A DNA stretch of 64,000 bases from Clostridium sp. (GTDB lineage Bacteria > Bacillota > Clostridia > Clostridiales > Clostridiaceae), in the NCBI GenBank assembly GCA_028692255.1, contig JAQUXS010000001.1, positions 38,229 to 102,228 of the forward strand, in the 5' to 3' direction. The notes beneath the pieces are model-generated. The model was not told the origin of the DNA. It did not search any database and saw only the letters and a program-made list of their open reading frames with translations. The position numbers and the translations under genes are program-made. Below, piece after piece: positions 1 through 8,904 of this stretch (its first letter is position 1; every line of letters begins with the position of its first letter).

Positions 1-168
1 ATAATAAAAGATCTGAATATAGCATATGAAAAAATAGGCTTTTTTATTATTGTAAAATGATAGCTAAGAAATTGCATAAAATATGTTAAAATTAATATTG
101 TATAGAGCAGAATGGGATTTCACTTTCCAAATTTTTTGTAGTATAATATACAAGTAAAATTTAATTAT

Positions 169-244
169 GCTTCTGTAGCACAGTTGGTAGTGCAACTGAT
201 TCGTAATCAGTAGGTCACATGTTCAAATCATGCCAGAAGCACCA
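169..244 (+). tRNA. tRNA-Thr(CGT)
   Basis: Acceptor stem GCTTCTG/CAGAAGC, anticodon arm ACTGA-TTCGTAA-TCAGT, TTCAAAT T-loop, encoded CCA; 76 nt. Confidence 0.95.
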
Positions 245-248
245 AATG

Positions 249-287
249 AAAATCAAGGGTTGAGCAAATTCAATTCTTGATTTTTTT
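249..287 (+). terminator. Intrinsic terminator after tRNA-Thr
   Basis: AAAATCAAGGGTTGA...TCAATTCTTGATTTT hairpin followed by a T-run. Confidence 0.7.
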
Positions 288-349
288 AATTTGTAGTAGG
301 AATTAGAGTTTAGTACAATAAAAAAAGACTGCATAGCAGCCTTTTTTTA

Positions 350-1549
350 TTAATTTATATATTTCAAATATGTACTTGAAGCCCAGCCAGTAATACCATT
401 TATGTTAATTTTATACCAAGTTCCAGTAGAATTTTGATCAATCTTTTGAGCATACTGTCCACAAGAAATAGTTCCAATAATTTGAGCTGTGGAAGATGCA
501 GAAGCTCTTATATTTAGCATATAAACTCCATTAACTGTTACGTATTGTTTCGCTGGAACTAAGCCAAGGACAGTTTCTGAAATCCAACCAGAAATACCTT
601 TGTAAGTTACTTGATACCAACCATTTGAGTAATTTAATAAGTTTAAAATAGTTCCTTTTGGAATTGTAGTTAAAATAGCATAATTTGTTCCAGCATTTTG
701 TCTTAAATTTGCATAGGTTGTTACATTTGAAATCATAGCATAACCAGGAGTAGTAAATTTAGCTGTGGCTGAAGTAGTAGGACTAGAAGAACTTGTAGAG
801 GAACTTCCTGAAGTAGTTGTTGCCATTGAATCATCAACTATATTTACATAACGTGCAGGGATATAGCCGCTATTTATTGTATTCATGCTAATAAAATATC
901 TTTTAGTTCCTTGAATACCTCCATAAGTTTGATCAGGTGTGGATTCATATGTGTAAGCACCATTAATTCCATTTAAAGTTCCCCACTTGTCAAATATAAC
1001 TATGTGAGATCCAGGCTTATCCAAAACATCCATGTGTTTTAAATCACTAAGATTGATTTTAGTAAAGTAGCTATTTAATAATGAGGTAGTTGATTGCTTA
1101 TAATCAGAAATGTTAAAGGCAGTTTGTACAAATCCAGAACAATCCATCCCAGCAGTTCCAGGTATATACCCCAAACCAGAACTAAAGTTTATATTTCCAG
1201 CAAATGCCCCCTTCTTAACTGCATCTAAAAAGTTTATCCAAGGAGCATTGTAGGAGTAAGTATCTATTCCATCAATTCCACCCCAGTTGTATGGTATACC
1301 TGTAAAATTAGCAGTTGTAACACCTTGAAATTGTTTTGGAAGTGTAACATATGAGGCATATTTAGAGTCTATTTTGCTGCTATTAGAAGAATAGGTCCAT
1401 GTTAAATCCATTAATTTAGTTGCCCTTTCAGCGACCTGATTCCTTGTAATTGGAGCTTGTACAGCTGCGTTGCTTTTAAATGCAGGTACAGCTATAATTG
1501 AAGTTAATGTAATTAGTGATGATAAAACTACATATAAGCTTCTTTTCAT
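350..1549 (-). CDS. Secreted NlpC/P60-type cell wall hydrolase with Ser/Thr linker and two C-terminal SH3b domains
   Basis: Signal peptide, PYNWGG and GMDCSGFV (catalytic Cys) plus downstream His, Ser/Thr-rich linker, two LNxR...WY...GW SH3b repeats. Confidence 0.8.
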   Translation of the reverse strand: MKRSLYVVLSSLITLTSIIAVPAFKSNAAVQAPITRNQVAERATKLMDLTWTYSSNSSKIDSKYASYVTLPKQFQGVTTANFTGIPYNWGGIDGIDTYSYNAPWINFLDAVKKGAFAGNINFSSGLGYIPGTAGMDCSGFVQTAFNISDYKQSTTSLLNSYFTKINLSDLKHMDVLDKPGSHIVIFDKWGTLNGINGAYTYESTPDQTYGGIQGTKRYFISMNTINSGYIPARYVNIVDDSMATTTSGSSSTSSSSPTTSATAKFTTPGYAMISNVTTYANLRQNAGTNYAILTTIPKGTILNLLNYSNGWYQVTYKGISGWISETVLGLVPAKQYVTVNGVYMLNIRASASSTAQIIGTISCGQYAQKIDQNSTGTWYKININGITGWASSTYLKYIN

Positions 1550-1885
1550 CTACTTTTCCCCCTTAAATAGTATTAGTTTGTAAAACATTTAGTATTGTTG
1601 ATAACGATTTCTAAGTGCAAAAAGATACTCGGAAATATATGTATATAAGGTAATTATATAGGCATATAGTAATCTAAACAATAATCAAAATAAGCCTAAA
1701 GGTGTATTAAATTCCTTTTAAAAGAGGAACTAGATTTTTTGGAATTAGAACTGCAATTGATACATTAAGAGCAGCTGAGGAACCCCTTAGGGTATTTTTT
1801 TATAATTATAGGCTTTTATTTTTAACACTATTAACATAAAATTAGGATAAGAGGAAATTATATGTTAATGGTCATGGGAGGATGA

Positions 1886-2590
1886 TTGAACTTGCATAGT
1901 ATTATGATTATAGAAGATGATAAAAAAATAGCTAATTTAATAAAAAATCATTTAGAACGCTATGGATATAAGGCTTTTTTAGTTGATAATTTTTATAGAA
2001 TTATAGATGAATTTTTAGAATATAAGCCTGAGCTTGTTTTAATGGATATAAATCTTCCTTTCTTTGATGGGTTTTATTGGTGTACTGAAATTAGGACAAA
2101 GTCAAAGGTGCCAATAATATTTATATCTGCAAGGGATTCTGACATGGATCAGGTTATGGCAATAGAAAATGGAGGAGACGATTTCATAACAAAGCCATTT
2201 TCCTATGAGGTACTTCTTGCAAAAATTAAAGGTGTATTTAGAAGAGTTTATGGAAGCTATGCAAAAGATAATATTGATAAATTTAATGTCAATGGATTAA
2301 TACTGCATTCAGATAAAAATATAATTGAGTTTAGAGAAATAAAGATTGAACTCAGTAAAAATGAATTCGCATTGTTATCCTGTCTTGTTAAAAATATGAA
2401 TAAAATTGTTTTAAGGGATACTTTACTTGAAATTCTTTGGAACGATACTGAATTTATTGATGACAACACATTATCTGTTAATGTAACAAGAGTGAGGAAA
2501 AAACTGGGGGAAGCAGGCATTAATGACGCTATTAAAACTAAAAGAGGACAAGGATATATGCTTGTTAACAACTGGAAGGACAAGAAGTGA
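1886..2590 (+). CDS. OmpR-family response regulator (BceR/GraR-like)
   Basis: IEDD, MDINLP..DGFYWC, GGDDFITKPF, winged helix NTLSVNVTRVRKKL and TKRGQGY. Confidence 0.92.
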   Translation: MNLHSIMIIEDDKKIANLIKNHLERYGYKAFLVDNFYRIIDEFLEYKPELVLMDINLPFFDGFYWCTEIRTKSKVPIIFISARDSDMDQVMAIENGGDDFITKPFSYEVLLAKIKGVFRRVYGSYAKDNIDKFNVNGLILHSDKNIIEFREIKIELSKNEFALLSCLVKNMNKIVLRDTLLEILWNDTEFIDDNTLSVNVTRVRKKLGEAGINDAIKTKRGQGYMLVNNWKDKK

Positions 2591-2639
2591 TACATATTTG
2601 GTAGAATAATAATAAACTGCTTTAAAATGGAGTGGAGTT

Positions 2640-3689
2640 ATGAAAAAAGTAAGATTTATGATTTTTTTAAAAGACAAAGTAGCATTTACAGCTGCGTATT
2701 TTATAAGTACATCACTAGTGATTTTAATCATGTATTTAACTGTATATATTAAGACTTCAGATTTACCTATTGTGAATACATTGTATGCATATTTAATTTC
2801 AGCGGTTATATATATTATGATTCTTATATATGAGTATTCCAAAGTAAGAAGTTTTAATAAACAGCTTTATGAGGCATTAAACTCCGAGAATATTATAGAA
2901 AGTATAGTAAATGTTAGTCAAATTAAAACTGAAGAGCAGCAGCTATTTAATAAAGTTCTTATAAATTTACATAAGGCATTTGAAAAGAATATTATTAAGT
3001 ATGAAGAGGTACAAAAACATAATATGATTTTTATAAATCAGTGGGTGCATCAGATGAAGACTCCTGTATCTGTAATTAATTTAATATTGCAGGAGGATGA
3101 CATAGGGGGACTTAAAGATAGCATAAAGGAAGAGAATGAAAAGATTTCGCAAGGGTTAAATATTATGATTTACAATGCAAGAATGAATGAATTTAATCAT
3201 GACTTTGTAGTTGAAGCTGTTGATTTGATGTCAATATTAAGAAATGTTGTAAATGATAATAAAAAGTCACTTATAAGATATAGAATATTTCCTAAAATAA
3301 CAGGCGAGCCTGTTATGGTTGAAACAGATAAAAAATGGATATATTTTGTTATAAATCAAATTATAATCAATGCAATAAAATATACGAATGCTGCAAAGAG
3401 AGATAAAAAGACTATAAATATTAATATTAAAGATGAAGATAAAAAGACAATTCTAAGTATTAAAGACAATGGAATAGGAATACCAAATGAGGATATTGGA
3501 CGCGTATTCAATGCTTTTTTCACAGGTAAGAATGGTAGAAAAACTGCTGAATCTACAGGCATGGGAATGTATTTAGCAAAGCGAATCTGTGAAGAACTTG
3601 GGCATGGGCTAGCGGTTAATTCTAAGAAAGAAAAAGGAGCTGACTTTATTATTGTGTTTTTCAAAGGAAAAAACATATTTAAATTGTAA
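2640..3689 (+). CDS. Intramembrane-sensing histidine kinase (BceS-like)
   Basis: Two close TM helices, H-box WVHQMKTP, N-box NAIKY, DNGIG and STGMGMY G-boxes. Confidence 0.92.
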   Translation: MKKVRFMIFLKDKVAFTAAYFISTSLVILIMYLTVYIKTSDLPIVNTLYAYLISAVIYIMILIYEYSKVRSFNKQLYEALNSENIIESIVNVSQIKTEEQQLFNKVLINLHKAFEKNIIKYEEVQKHNMIFINQWVHQMKTPVSVINLILQEDDIGGLKDSIKEENEKISQGLNIMIYNARMNEFNHDFVVEAVDLMSILRNVVNDNKKSLIRYRIFPKITGEPVMVETDKKWIYFVINQIIINAIKYTNAAKRDKKTININIKDEDKKTILSIKDNGIGIPNEDIGRVFNAFFTGKNGRKTAESTGMGMYLAKRICEELGHGLAVNSKKEKGADFIIVFFKGKNIFKL

Positions 3690-3690
3690 G

Positions 3691-3706
3691 CTTTCAAAAT
3701 TGTAAG
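3691..3706 (+). promoter_or_regulatory. BceR-type binding site
   Basis: CTTTCA-AAAT-TGTAAG, one mismatch from the TnACA-N4-TGTAA Bce-family inverted repeat, upstream of the ABC genes; TATAAT at about 3759. Confidence 0.6.
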
Positions 3707-3810
3707 GTTTGTGTGTAAAATGAAAGGGAAATCGATACAAAGGTTTCCCTGTTTTTTTTATAATAAATCTAGAAGCTTCATAAAAAATGTTTAGAAGGAA
3801 GGTATAACTT

Positions 3811-4584
3811 ATGTCAGTTTTAAAAGCTGAAAATATAACAAAAATATATGGCGGCAAAAATGGCGGAATGATGGTTAAAGCTTTAGATAAATTTAGTTTT
3901 GAAATTAAAAGCGGGGAGTTTGTAGGCGTAATGGGGCCATCAGGTAGCGGGAAAACAACTTTATTAAATATAATGGCAACTATTGACAGCCCTACATCAG
4001 GAGAACTATATATTAATGGAACAAATCCAATGAAATTAAATGAAAAAGAGACTGCAATATTCAGAAGAAAAGAACTTGGTTTTATATTTCAAGATTTTAA
4101 TCTTTTAGATTCACTATCTATTAAGGAAAATATAATATTGCCGCTTGTATTAAGTAGAAGCAATGTAAATAAAATAGAGAGGAAGGTAGTGGGGATTGCA
4201 AGACTTTTAAATATAGAAAATATTTTAAATAAAAAACCTTATGAGGTTTCTGGAGGACAGCAGCAAAGAACAGCATGTGCAAGAGCACTTATTCATAATC
4301 CTTCAATAATTTTAGCAGATGAACCTACTGGAAATCTTGATTCAAAGGCGTCTGAAGATGTTATGAATACTTTGACTGATTTAAATGAAGAGAAAGGCGC
4401 AACTATAATGATGGTCACTCATGATCCATTTTCAGCTAGCTTTTGCAAAAGAATAGTTATGATCAAGGATGGAAAGTATTTTTTAGAAATAGTAAATCCA
4501 GGTAATAGACAGGCTTTCTTTAAGGAAATTATGAACTCCTTAACTCTTTTAGGTGGTAGATCTGCAAATAAATATTCAGTGTAA
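3811..4584 (+). CDS. ABC transporter ATPase (BceA-like)
   Basis: GPSGSGKTT, VSGGQQQR, LADEPTGNLD, VTHD. Confidence 0.95.
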   Translation: MSVLKAENITKIYGGKNGGMMVKALDKFSFEIKSGEFVGVMGPSGSGKTTLLNIMATIDSPTSGELYINGTNPMKLNEKETAIFRRKELGFIFQDFNLLDSLSIKENIILPLVLSRSNVNKIERKVVGIARLLNIENILNKKPYEVSGGQQQRTACARALIHNPSIILADEPTGNLDSKASEDVMNTLTDLNEEKGATIMMVTHDPFSASFCKRIVMIKDGKYFLEIVNPGNRQAFFKEIMNSLTLLGGRSANKYSV

Positions 4585-4597
4585 AGGAGGAATTTTG

Positions 4598-6562
4598 ATG
4601 ACCATTGCTAATATAGCATTAAAAAATATTAAAGGAAACTTAAGCAAATATGCTATGTATTGTTTAAGTAACATAATTGTTGTATTAATATTTTTTATTT
4701 TCGCAAATTTTATATTGAATACAAATTTAAATGATGTACATGCAAGCAGTAAATATATGGGGGAACTTGCAGGTAATTTAATGTATGCATGTGAAATTGT
4801 AATAATAATTTTTACGTTAGTATTTACAAAATATTCTTTGTCTAATTTTTTAAAGTCAAGAGAAAAAGAGTTTGGTTTGCTTTCTATGTTTGGATTAACA
4901 AAAAGCCAGATAAGAACTTATATTATGTTTGAAAATGCAATAATTTCAACAGTTTCTATTATAATAGGTATTATTTTTGGTATACTTTTTTCAAAAATAT
5001 TTTTTATGGCAGTTACTGCAATTTTAAATTTAGATTATGAAATTCCCTTTGCAATATCAGTTAAAGCAGTAGAAGTCACTGTTGTATGTTTCTTTATACT
5101 TTTCCAACTTATAAGCTTTTTTACAAGTTTTAAAATAAAGAACAATAATATTGCACAGCTTTTAAAAGGAGCTAGAATACCTAAGGCAACGCCGAAATTT
5201 TCTGCAATAAAGGCAGTGCTTTCAGTAATATTAATAATTTCAGGATATATTGTGGGTATATTTTCACAATCTGCTATAATAATTACCATGTTTCCTATAC
5301 TTATAGTTGTGATAATAGGAACTTATTTTCTCTTTTCACAATTTAGTGTTTATTTTACAAATAAGCTGCAAAGTAATAAAAATATTTATTATAAAGGAAC
5401 GAATCTTATAACAATTTCAGAGATCATATATAAACTAAGGGATAATGCAAAAGTATTATTTATTACTTCTATACTTTCAGGAATCACAATAGCATCAGCA
5501 ATAGCGGTATATTCTTTACAGGCAGTAAGCATAGATGCAATGAAGGAAAATGTTCCACAGGATATAAGTATTGTTGAGCATGATATAAATAAACATAATG
5601 TAATTTCACTAGGAAAAGTTGAAGCTGTATTAAAAAAGTATAAAGTTGACATAAAGTATAAAGATGAAGTTCCGCTAATAAGCGCAAAAAATATGGATAA
5701 ATCACAGAAAAATGGAACTAAATATGATTTGTTACAAAATAAAGAGGATTTTAATATTATGTCAGAAGGCAGTTATAATGAACTTGCAAAGCAGTACAAT
5801 AAAAAGCAGGTGGATTTAAATAGCGGCGAAATTATTATATATACTTATGATATGAATGATGGCGTGATGAATCTGAAAACAAAGCTTCCATTTATTAATC
5901 AAAATCAGCTGAAAATTAATACCAATGATATAGAACAAAGCTTTAAGATAAAAGGCAATTTTGCTGGTGGAATTATTAATGCAGACAGTAAGCAATCTAA
6001 TATTGCTGTTGTCAGTGATAATGATTTTAGAAAGCTGTGGAAGAAAAACACTAGTAAATGTATTTATTATGGCTACAATATTAACCATTATTTAAAGGCA
6101 TCAGCCGCTGCTAATGAGATAAAGAAATCAGTAACTAAAGGACAAGAAAGTTATTTCTATGAAAGAGTAACAGAAGCAGTACAAGTAATGCAGATTTTAT
6201 CAATATTTTTGTTTATAGGTACGTTTATTGCTGTAATATTTTTTATAGCTACAGGAAGTATACTTTACTTTAAGATGTTTAATGAAATTCAAAAGGATAA
6301 ATATGAATTTATAGGTTTAAAGAAGATAGGATTTACAGTTGAGGAAATAAAAAAAGTAGTAAGTATACAGAGTTTTATAATGTTTTTTTTACCACTAACT
6401 ATAGCACTTTTGCATGCAGCTTTTGCTGTAAAATCTGTAGGACTTCTATACGTACAATATTTTGCATTCATTGGTGGTATATACTTAGTTTTGCAGATAA
6501 TATATTATTTATTTGCAAGATGGATGTATGTAAAACAAATTAACAGTTGGAGTATGAAGTAA
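4598..6562 (+). CDS. BceB-type FtsX-domain ABC permease
   Basis: About 10 TM helices with a large extracellular loop before the last three, REKEFGLLSMFG; AGGAGG RBS at about 4585 supports ATG 4598. Confidence 0.9.
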   Translation: MTIANIALKNIKGNLSKYAMYCLSNIIVVLIFFIFANFILNTNLNDVHASSKYMGELAGNLMYACEIVIIIFTLVFTKYSLSNFLKSREKEFGLLSMFGLTKSQIRTYIMFENAIISTVSIIIGIIFGILFSKIFFMAVTAILNLDYEIPFAISVKAVEVTVVCFFILFQLISFFTSFKIKNNNIAQLLKGARIPKATPKFSAIKAVLSVILIISGYIVGIFSQSAIIITMFPILIVVIIGTYFLFSQFSVYFTNKLQSNKNIYYKGTNLITISEIIYKLRDNAKVLFITSILSGITIASAIAVYSLQAVSIDAMKENVPQDISIVEHDINKHNVISLGKVEAVLKKYKVDIKYKDEVPLISAKNMDKSQKNGTKYDLLQNKEDFNIMSEGSYNELAKQYNKKQVDLNSGEIIIYTYDMNDGVMNLKTKLPFINQNQLKINTNDIEQSFKIKGNFAGGIINADSKQSNIAVVSDNDFRKLWKKNTSKCIYYGYNINHYLKASAAANEIKKSVTKGQESYFYERVTEAVQVMQILSIFLFIGTFIAVIFFIATGSILYFKMFNEIQKDKYEFIGLKKIGFTVEEIKKVVSIQSFIMFFLPLTIALLHAAFAVKSVGLLYVQYFAFIGGIYLVLQIIYYLFARWMYVKQINSWSMK

Positions 6563-6567
6563 CATTT

Positions 6568-6618
6568 GAATAGGAACGTATATAGGTTGTGCAAATCAAA
6601 CCTATGTACGTTCTCTTC
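6568..6618. terminator. Long hairpin after the Bce permease
   Basis: GAACGTATATAGGTT...AACCTATGTACGTTC inverted repeat. Confidence 0.6.
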
Positions 6619-6659
6619 ATGTATATATAAAAGCGTCTATATTAAATTATGGTATAATA

Positions 6660-7227
6660 ATGATAACTTATGATTTATTAGCAAGATCTACAAGTACTAT
6701 TGAAGGACATAGTGGAAATATTTTTTACTACTTAATATATTTTATAAAAAAATGATTATTATCTTGCTTTTTTTATGGCTATTATAATAGGATGCTATTT
6801 AGTTTTTAATATTAGTAAGATAAAATCTTTACATAGAAAATTTTTAAAAGTTTCTGTAATAATTTGGACAGTAATTCCTTTTATACTTTTTAGTTTATCA
6901 AAGTCAAAGTTAATTTGGTATATAAATACTACATATCCTGCATTAACTATACTAATGGCATGGATTTGTTATAGTATATTAAAAAATAAAAATGTAGCTG
7001 ATAAAGCAAAATGTTCAATTTTAATCGTACTTATTTTATCAACTTTATGTGGTGAAGTGTCCATAATACATAAAATAAAAGTTAATACGCAGAAAGAAGC
7101 TTTCGTAAAAAATAAGGTAAGAGGATTATATTTACTTGATAACAATGATGAAAATAGGAAATTTTTAAATTTAAATAGTTGCAAGGTGGTTGTAAAAAAT
7201 ACGAATTTTATAATTATTAAACAGTAA
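6660..7227 (+). pseudogene. Remnant of an ArnT/PMT-2 (GT-C) glycosyltransferase
   Basis: Frame 1 MITYDLLARSTSTIEGHSGNIFYY ends at TGA 6753; shifted frame 6775-7227 has SLSKSKLIWYI..YPAL typical of ArnT-like proteins; the N-terminal half is missing. Confidence 0.6.
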
Positions 7228-7261
7228 GAGCTATTTTAATTTATTATAAATAGTTATAATA

Positions 7262-7298
7262 AAAAGAGAGATGCACTAGTTAGTGTAATCTCTCTTTT
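7262..7298. terminator. Bidirectional terminator
   Basis: AAAAGAGAGATGCACTA...TAGTGTAATCTCTCTTTT between convergent ORFs. Confidence 0.7.
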
Positions 7299-7317
7299 TA
7301 TAGTAGGCTATAAGTTA

Positions 7318-8898
7318 TTATTTATTAATATGTTTTACTTTAAATAATTTAAATTGGTTGAAAGTTTTTTCTAAAGTACACCAAGTTTCGCCCTTTTTGT
7401 AAAGTTTCGGATATTTTATATTTATGGCATCTGATTTACCTAAATTAGTTTTAGGATCAGGTACTACTATATAATTTGCACTGCTTTTTTGAGGGGTATT
7501 CACTGCAGAATTAAAGTTAGAGTCGCTAGTTTTTATTATATTATTTTGATTATTGCAGTTAACGATAGTGCTAAACGTATCAAAAGAATCCATTAATATA
7601 ATTGAATTAGGAAGCTTTTTATTTATATAATCAGCTATAGTATTTTGTGATTGAATAGTTAAATCCATCTTGTTATGTCCTAAAACATTAAATTGATCAG
7701 GTATAGTTTGACTGTTTAATAATACAAAAACAGCTAAGACAGCGGATAAAATAGCAGCTATAAAGTTGCTAGAAAACTTCCATACCTTATTTACATTCTT
7801 CATTTCATAAGGAATCCAAGCTATGGATATTGGAAGGGCGTAAACAAAGTATCTAATCCACCCTGCAGATAGTCCTTTTAAAATTAATCCAAACTGCATT
7901 ATATAAAGAGAAGATATTAATATTAAAAAAATTAAAGTGTCCCTCTTAAATAGTTTCCTATGTATAATTCTATTTAAGATTACAAGAAAAAATGGAATTA
8001 AAAAATATATACTTTTATTAAACATAAAGGAAATCGTCAATAGAGGGTTTCCTATTGATTTAGCTATGCCTAAATTACCTGTAATGCTTCCAGACTGACC
8101 TACATTTGAATAAGCCGAATTTAAAAAATAAAGCCCATTTCCTTGTATAATATAATTAACTGCTATCCATACAATTACAACAAAAGCTCCCGGGGTAAAA
8201 AGCATTATAAAAATGCCCTCTATACGCTGAAGTTTATCCTTTAGATTAGATTTCTTGACCAAGGAGTCTTTATTGTCAGTAAAAATTAAAATTACTATAA
8301 TAATAGCTATGCCAATTATTAAAGGTACAGATTCATATCTTGTTAAGAAGGCAAAGCATAGGGAGAAGGCTATTTTAAGAAAGTGTTGGTATTGCCCATC
8401 ATCCATAAATTTAGTAAGATTTACTATGGTCCAAATAATGAAAAAGATAAAGATCATTTCACTCATACCATTTGCACCATATAGAAATATGTATGGGTTA
8501 AAAGCATATAATAATACTATGATTATAGACATCCATATTGATGTTTTAAATTCCATAAAGCTTCTGAAAATAAGAACAGCACTTCCTGCCGCAAAAATAG
8601 ATGTTATTATAACACCTGCTAATGCTGATGTTACAATAGGCTTGTAAAAAGGCCACAATAATGTAAAAGGCAATTCTAAAAAGCTTGGAAGTGGATTCCA
8701 AACGAAGCCTAGCGCAGCTAAATGAGGAGGCTTTGAATATATTACGTAAAATGCATTTGTTACTCTACTTAAAGAATCTCCACTTATAAGCTGTTTAACA
8801 TGATTTATATAATATCCAAATATAAACTCTGATATAAATATAAATATAAAAAGTATTCTCTGAACTATTTTTTCTTTTTTCAATTTTGTTTCCCCCAT
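7318..8898 (-). CDS. Polytopic GT-C fold (GT39-like) membrane glycosyltransferase
   Basis: About 11-13 TM helices, GDSLSR in the first loop, GFVWNPLP, ANGMSE, LTRYE; soluble C-terminal domain. Confidence 0.7.
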   Translation of the reverse strand: MGETKLKKEKIVQRILFIFIFISEFIFGYYINHVKQLISGDSLSRVTNAFYVIYSKPPHLAALGFVWNPLPSFLELPFTLLWPFYKPIVTSALAGVIITSIFAAGSAVLIFRSFMEFKTSIWMSIIIVLLYAFNPYIFLYGANGMSEMIFIFFIIWTIVNLTKFMDDGQYQHFLKIAFSLCFAFLTRYESVPLIIGIAIIIVILIFTDNKDSLVKKSNLKDKLQRIEGIFIMLFTPGAFVVIVWIAVNYIIQGNGLYFLNSAYSNVGQSGSITGNLGIAKSIGNPLLTISFMFNKSIYFLIPFFLVILNRIIHRKLFKRDTLIFLILISSLYIMQFGLILKGLSAGWIRYFVYALPISIAWIPYEMKNVNKVWKFSSNFIAAILSAVLAVFVLLNSQTIPDQFNVLGHNKMDLTIQSQNTIADYINKKLPNSIILMDSFDTFSTIVNCNNQNNIIKTSDSNFNSAVNTPQKSSANYIVVPDPKTNLGKSDAINIKYPKLYKKGETWCTLEKTFNQFKLFKVKHINK

Positions 8899-8904
8899 AA
8901 AATA

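Noticed and set aside
217-233. A-C mismatch at the base of the tRNA-Thr(CGT) T-stem as a sign of a pseudo-tRNA
   Set aside because: Single mismatch; all other arms, CCA, an upstream -10 and a terminator are intact
1700-1800. c-di-AMP riboswitch for the cell wall hydrolase (GAGGAAC motifs, small ACCC/GGGT hairpin)
   Set aside because: The motifs are on the wrong strand for that gene, the conserved aptamer core is missing and the stem is only 4 bp
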